A DNA stretch of 64,000 nt, taken from contig CAXXMD010000002.1 of assembly GCA_963675755.2 (NCBI GenBank), positions 1,728,001 through 1,792,000 on the forward strand, written 5' to 3'. The DNA comes from a bacterium. Lineage in GTDB: Bacteria > Zhuqueibacterota > Zhuqueibacteria > Residuimicrobiales > Krinioviventaceae. Both the position numbers and the translations under genes were made by a program. Below, one piece after another: positions 59,151-64,000 of the stretch; the first letter of the stretch is position 1, and each line of letters opens with the position of its first letter. Under the pieces are notes generated by a model. It saw nothing but the letters and a program-made list of their open reading frames with translations. It did not search any database and had not been told where the DNA came from.

Positions 59151-60655
59151 CCTCTAAATTCTTTTGCTGTTATACCCAGTTTTTTCATGCGGCTTTGCAA
59201 TGTGGTGGGTTTCAAATCAAGCAGTTCTGCAGCTCCTCCTTCACCATAGATGCGTCCATTACAATGTCGCAAAGCTTTGAGGATATGGTTGCGTGTAGCC
59301 TGCTCCAAAGTAGTAATTTCATTTTCTGTTTCAGGTAATTCTCGTACAATATCACCACGATCAACAGGACCAAAATGCTCAACATCAATCACATCACCTC
59401 TGGCAACTATGGCTGCACGTTCAAGGGCATTTTGCAACTCACGAACATTGCCGGGCCAGGTGTATCCACGCAGATATTCCACAGCACTAACCGTTAACCG
59501 CAATTGACGTTCAAATTTAGCGGACAATCGCTGCAAAAAATAATTTGCCAAAAGTATCACATCATCATCCCTGTCCCGTAATGCAGGCAAGGTAATTGGA
59601 AACACATTGAGACGATAATACAAATCCTCGCGAAAGCGTCCTTCTTTAATGGCCTGGTCGAGTTTTACATTGGTCGCACAAATGATACGCACATCTGCGG
59701 ACAGGGTCTTTTCTCCACCAACACGCTCAAAGGTTTGCTCTTGCAACGCACGAAGGAGTTTGGGCTGGATCTCCATGGGCAGATCTCCAATCTCATCTAA
59801 AAACAGAGTGCCTGTATTGGCAAGTTCAAAACGTCCCTTGCGCATGGAAACCGCTCCGGTAAAAGCACCGCGTTCATGCCCAAACAGCTCACTCTCTACG
59901 AGTCCACTTGCCAGCGCTGAACAGTTGAGCGCTACAAAGGGTCTGCCTGAGCGTGGGGACAATGCATGTACTGCCTTGGCAACCTGTTCTTTGCCGGTTC
60001 CGGTTTCGCCGGTTATAAATACCGGCGTATCAGTAGAGGCAACCACCTGAACTTGTTCCAATACATTCATCCAGGTACGCGAATGACCAATCAGATCCTC
60101 CAGTGCACGGGGCAAATCTTTGAGCAAAGTATTGCGCTCAAGCACCAGGGCATCACGCTCGGTCAATAACGAATCTGCAGCAAGGGATTGGGCCAGCGCC
60201 AGGGCAATCAAGCGGGAAAGTATCTCAGTCAACTGCACAACCGAAGGCGTAAACATGTCGCAGGCACGATGATCAAGGGTCAGAACACCCAGTGTATTGC
60301 CCTCAACATGCAGAGGCGCAACCAGGCACGAATGCCCGTCCGGTAGTTCAAGTATGTCCTCATATGTATCCAGATGTACCTCTCCGTCATCAGGATGATC
60401 TTCAAACAAATGCACCCTTCCCCGATCAATGATTTCGGCAATTTCTTGATGCTTGTCCAGCGATAGACGATAATCTTTGAGTTTGGGAGTATTGAGCGGG
60501 CCTTGCGCTTTACGAACGCGTAAAAGCTTGTCAGATTCAAGACTCAGTACAACCGCCAGCTCGTAATTCACAACTTCACTTAACGCTTCCAGTACAATTT
60601 CCATCGTTCTCTCAGGACTCAACAATGGCGTCAACGTAGAACTGAATTCCTGCAT
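59147..60655 (-). CDS. NorR-like sigma54 enhancer-binding protein (GAF-AAA+-HTH)
   Basis: GETGTGKE, GAFTGA, FLDEIG, WPGNVRELQN, HTH; NorR-like GAF D.Y...HSC...LTLD; start is ATG 60655 or GTG 60661. Confidence 0.9.
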   Translation of the reverse strand: MQEFSSTLTPLLSPERTMEIVLEALSEVVNYELAVVLSLESDKLLRVRKAQGPLNTPKLKDYRLSLDKHQEIAEIIDRGRVHLFEDHPDDGEVHLDTYEDILELPDGHSCLVAPLHVEGNTLGVLTLDHRACDMFTPSVVQLTEILSRLIALALAQSLAADSLLTERDALVLERNTLLKDLPRALEDLIGHSRTWMNVLEQVQVVASTDTPVFITGETGTGKEQVAKAVHALSPRSGRPFVALNCSALASGLVESELFGHERGAFTGAVSMRKGRFELANTGTLFLDEIGDLPMEIQPKLLRALQEQTFERVGGEKTLSADVRIICATNVKLDQAIKEGRFREDLYYRLNVFPITLPALRDRDDDVILLANYFLQRLSAKFERQLRLTVSAVEYLRGYTWPGNVRELQNALERAAIVARGDVIDVEHFGPVDRGDIVRELPETENEITTLEQATRNHILKALRHCNGRIYGEGGAAELLDLKPTTLQSRMKKLGITAKEFRG

Positions 60656-60670
60656 GGTCACCTTTCATAA

Positions 60671-60725
60671 CAACGATATTTAGTTGCAACGATATTTAGT
60701 TGCTTATTATAACGCAATATCGGTA
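60671..60725. promoter_or_regulatory. Candidate upstream activator sites for the enhancer-binding protein
   Basis: Exact tandem CAACGATATTTAGTTG x2 (60671, 60687) plus degenerate TAACGCAATATCGGTA (60710). Confidence 0.7.
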
Positions 60726-60797
60726 ATTTTTGTTCCACAAAATATATTCAATTTTATAAATACAATAAAATCAGTATATTAAACACATAGAAATTAC

Positions 60798-60813
60798 TGG
60801 CACAATCCTTGAA
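60798..60813 (+). promoter_or_regulatory. Sigma54 -24/-12 promoter for dps
   Basis: TGGCAC-AATCC-TTGAA (one mismatch at -12 versus TTGCW). Confidence 0.7.
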
Positions 60814-60861
60814 TATATAGAAAGTAAATTAACGATAATTGATATGAAAAAGGAGAAAAAA

Positions 60862-61305
60862 ATGAATAACGCTGAAATGATTAAAAAATTGAACGTACTA
60901 CTTGCTGATTTACAGGTTGAATATGTAAAGTTGCACAACTATCACTGGAATGTCAAAGGTCAACTCTTCTTTAGCATCCATAATGTAACTGAAGAATATT
61001 ATGAATACATGACCGGTCAATATGACGAAGTCGCTGAGCGTATTTTACAATTGGGCGGAAAGCCGGTATCAACCATGGCTGAGTACCTGCAATCTGCAAA
61101 CCTGAAAGAAGAAAGCAAAAACGAATTTAACGCGGGCCAGGTCATTGAGGCATTGTTGAGCGATTTTAATTCCCTGCTCGAATCTTTTAAATCCGTTTCC
61201 AAGGCAGCCGGTGAAGCCGATGATGTTTCAACCGCCAATATTGCGGATGACAACATTCAGTGGTTTGAAAAAGCAATCTGGATGCTTAAAGCACATCAGA
61301 GTTAA
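60862..61305 (+). CDS. dps: Dps DNA-protection ferritin-like protein
   Basis: HNYHWNVKG, H, DEVAERI and EKAIWML motifs; RBS AAGGAG. Confidence 0.95.
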   Translation: MNNAEMIKKLNVLLADLQVEYVKLHNYHWNVKGQLFFSIHNVTEEYYEYMTGQYDEVAERILQLGGKPVSTMAEYLQSANLKEESKNEFNAGQVIEALLSDFNSLLESFKSVSKAAGEADDVSTANIADDNIQWFEKAIWMLKAHQS

Positions 61306-61310
61306 TATTC

Positions 61311-61334
61311 AAGCCCGCTCATTAAAGCGGGCTT
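61311..61334 (+). terminator. Terminator after dps
   Basis: AAGCCCGCT-catta-AAGCGGGCTT. Confidence 0.7.
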
Positions 61335-61578
61335 TACTCATCTTCCCCCCCAAAATTACATTTACAAGTTACCCAAATTTTTTATTCAATCTTTTCTAAA
61401 ACCTTGCATTGCCCCAAATCCTTGTTTTATATGAACTTTTAAACCAGGTAAAATAAATTCCTATTCTTTTAAGAAACTTGACTTGTATTATAAATATAAT
61501 TTTACTATATTAGCACACAATTCAGAGACAAATCCCAATTACAATTTTATTTTTTTACTTTAACACAGAACGTATACT

Positions 61579-63018
61579 ATGTTATTTAATTCTGTGCAGT
61601 TTATTATATTTTTTCCACTTTCGGTGGTAATCTATTTCATTACGCCTGCCAAATATAGGTGGACCGTTTTATTGACGGCCAGCTATTATTTTTACATGTC
61701 CTGGCGTCCTGAATATGCTATACTCATCCTTGGCTCAACGATTATAGATTATTTCGCTGCGCTCAAGATGAGTAAATATCCGGATAAAAAAAAGCGAACG
61801 CCCATTTTACTATTTAGCTTGTTCACTAATCTGGGATTATTGTTTACATTTAAATATTTTAATTTCTTTAGTGAATCATTTTACCATATCTTGAAGCTTT
61901 ATAGCCACAATGCTACACCGTTTGAACTCAATGTACTGCTGCCGGTTGGTATTTCTTTTTATACATTTCAAACGCTGAGTTATACGATTGATGTCTATCG
62001 TGGAGACCGCGAGCCTGAACGTCATTTTGGGATATTTGCGGTGTATGTATCTTTCTTTCCCCAATTGGTCGCCGGCCCCATCGAACGGTCCACAACACTG
62101 TTACCCCAGTTTCACAAAACGTTTGAACCTCAATACGACAATATGAAATACGGCTTGCAGCTTGCTGCATGGGGTATGTTTAAAAAAGTGGTCATTGCAG
62201 ATCGATTGGCACTTTTTGTAAACCAGGCCTACTCCCTGCCCAACAATTACACAGGGTTTGACACTTTACTGGCAACCTATTTTTTCGCTTTTCAAATTTA
62301 TTGTGACTTTTCAGGCTATTCGGATATTGCAATTGGTGTTGCTCGTGTTTTCGGTTACAAGTTTATGAAGAATTTTGACCGCCCCTATTTCTCGCAGTCT
62401 ATTCATGAATTCTGGAAACGCTGGCATATTTCACTATCCAGCTGGTTTCGGGACTATTTGTACATACCGCTGGGTGGCAACCGGGTTTCAAAAAACAGAC
62501 TGCATTTCAACACAATGGCTGTCTTTTTAACAAGTGGGTTGTGGCATGGCGCCAACTGGACATTTGTGGTGTGGGGTGGTTTGCATGGAATATTTTTAAT
62601 CTTTGAAAAATGGAGCCAAAAAACCAGGGGAAAAATATATGCACTCACCGGAATTAACAAAATTTCTCGTTTGCAGCAATTTATCAATATCATAATTACT
62701 TTTCACCTGGTCTTGTTTTCATGGGTATTCTTTAGAGCCCAATCCCTTGGCTTTGTATTTATGATTTTTAAAAAAATTGCCAAATCAATTATTTACTTTA
62801 ATCCCAACAAGTTGTTTGCGCATCCTATAAGCCCGATTTATTTCTTTGTTATCTTTTTACTCATCATTGTGGAAATTTTACAAAGCCATTATCGGTTGCG
62901 TGAAACCATTGCCAGATTCCCGGCATGGCTTCGCTGGACAATCTATTATGTTGGTTTGTTTTCTTTATATTACCTGGGTGAATTTAACGAACAGGAATTT
63001 ATCTATTTCCAATTTTAA
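61579..63018 (+). CDS. MBOAT O-acyltransferase, copy 2
   Basis: Same motifs and same length (479 aa) as copy 1. Confidence 0.95.
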   Translation: MLFNSVQFIIFFPLSVVIYFITPAKYRWTVLLTASYYFYMSWRPEYAILILGSTIIDYFAALKMSKYPDKKKRTPILLFSLFTNLGLLFTFKYFNFFSESFYHILKLYSHNATPFELNVLLPVGISFYTFQTLSYTIDVYRGDREPERHFGIFAVYVSFFPQLVAGPIERSTTLLPQFHKTFEPQYDNMKYGLQLAAWGMFKKVVIADRLALFVNQAYSLPNNYTGFDTLLATYFFAFQIYCDFSGYSDIAIGVARVFGYKFMKNFDRPYFSQSIHEFWKRWHISLSSWFRDYLYIPLGGNRVSKNRLHFNTMAVFLTSGLWHGANWTFVVWGGLHGIFLIFEKWSQKTRGKIYALTGINKISRLQQFINIIITFHLVLFSWVFFRAQSLGFVFMIFKKIAKSIIYFNPNKLFAHPISPIYFFVIFLLIIVEILQSHYRLRETIARFPAWLRWTIYYVGLFSLYYLGEFNEQEFIYFQF

Positions 63019-63021
63019 ATT

Positions 63022-64000
63022 ATGAAAATAATATTCATTAAACTTTGCTGCTTTATACCCATAATTGCAATCATAATCACACCTGTTATTATGGTAGATC
63101 CTTTACATCTGTTTGGACGTAGCCATGGATTAAATACAGAGTGTTTTTATGACCAACGGTTAATTAAAACAAATATACTTCAATATGAAAATCCTGATTA
63201 TAATGCCATCATCATTGGCAGCAGCCGGATCCGGTATATGGGGAGCATGCAAATTGGCAAATATAAAATTCTAAATTTGGGTTTGGAAGGCTTGGGACTT
63301 GAAGACTTTTCGGGTTTTGTGGAACTTGCCAGAGAAAAAGCACCGGATTCACTGGAATGTGTTATTGTTGCCCTGGATATGTTTGGTGTTAATAAAAACC
63401 GTAAAAGTAGAAATCAATTCAAAAGTACAGATGAGTACCTGTTTGATTCTCAAGATTTTTCCTACCTTGCTAAACTCATGATCAGTCCAAACAGTTTTAA
63501 ATACAGCTATAAATATCTATCTGACTATATCTTCAATGGGGAAAATGCAATCAAATCATGGTCTGAGTTGAATGTACCTGAACCCCCAAACAAAAAATGG
63601 CACCTCAAACGTATTAACAATGCATATGCCGGTTGGGAGTTTGATGAAAAAAATATATCCATTCTAGAAAATATAAAAACCTCTTTTGAGGACCATCGAT
63701 TAATCGTTATTGTGAATCCGGTTTCTGCGGAATTATTACAAATCATTCAAAACCAGAATCGCATCCCCGATTTTTTCAACTGGATGCAAATGCTTTCCCA
63801 AACACTGGATGGATACTATAATTTCATGGATATTACTCCATTAACAACAAGCCCACAAAACTGGCGCGATATAAGCCATACCCATCCCGATACGATGAAA
63901 CAACAAATCCGGTCAATTGTCTTAAACACAACCAACAATCCCAATTTCACCTATATCACCAGCCAAAATGCTGACAGTATATTAACTTGCATACAAAACA
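63022..64000 (+). CDS. SGNH-like MBOAT partner, copy 2 (runs off window end; absent from the ORF track)
   Basis: ATG 63022 MKIIFIKLCCF...VDPLHLFGR...IIGSSR...WRDISH, colinear with 57539-58594. Confidence 0.8.
   Translation, partial: MKIIFIKLCCFIPIIAIIITPVIMVDPLHLFGRSHGLNTECFYDQRLIKTNILQYENPDYNAIIIGSSRIRYMGSMQIGKYKILNLGLEGLGLEDFSGFVELAREKAPDSLECVIVALDMFGVNKNRKSRNQFKSTDEYLFDSQDFSYLAKLMISPNSFKYSYKYLSDYIFNGENAIKSWSELNVPEPPNKKWHLKRINNAYAGWEFDEKNISILENIKTSFEDHRLIVIVNPVSAELLQIIQNQNRIPDFFNWMQMLSQTLDGYYNFMDITPLTTSPQNWRDISHTHPDTMKQQIRSIVLNTTNNPNFTYITSQNADSILTCIQN

Overview
Bacterial chromosome segment of moderate to low GC. A T9SS type-A C-terminal sorting domain and the zapA-rny-ymdB-folD gene order point to the FCB superphylum (possibly KSB1/Calditrichota-like; this is inference). 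A minus-strand housekeeping block at 14.6-25.7 kb runs tRNA-Gly/Cys/Leu/Val, thrS-infC-rpmI-rplT-pheST, zapB-like, zapA, a possible 6S-like RNA, rny, ymdB, folD. The left accessory region holds a monoheme cytochrome c-porin fusion, an ablA-symporter-ablB osmolyte operon, an ArnC/ArnT-like envelope modification operon and an AT-rich RES-domain gene. The right region holds glycoside hydrolases, tandem transglutaminase-like genes, an ATPase+MscS pair, LytTR+TonB receptor, and a duplicated MBOAT+SGNH cassette enclosing an ATL / NorR-like / sigma54-dps module. Several families of REP-like palindromes crowd the intergenic spaces and repeatedly bracket single, compositionally foreign genes, suggesting repeat-delimited gene cassettes. 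No transposase, integrase, reverse transcriptase, cas gene or CRISPR array is visible. All identities and alignments were made by eye.
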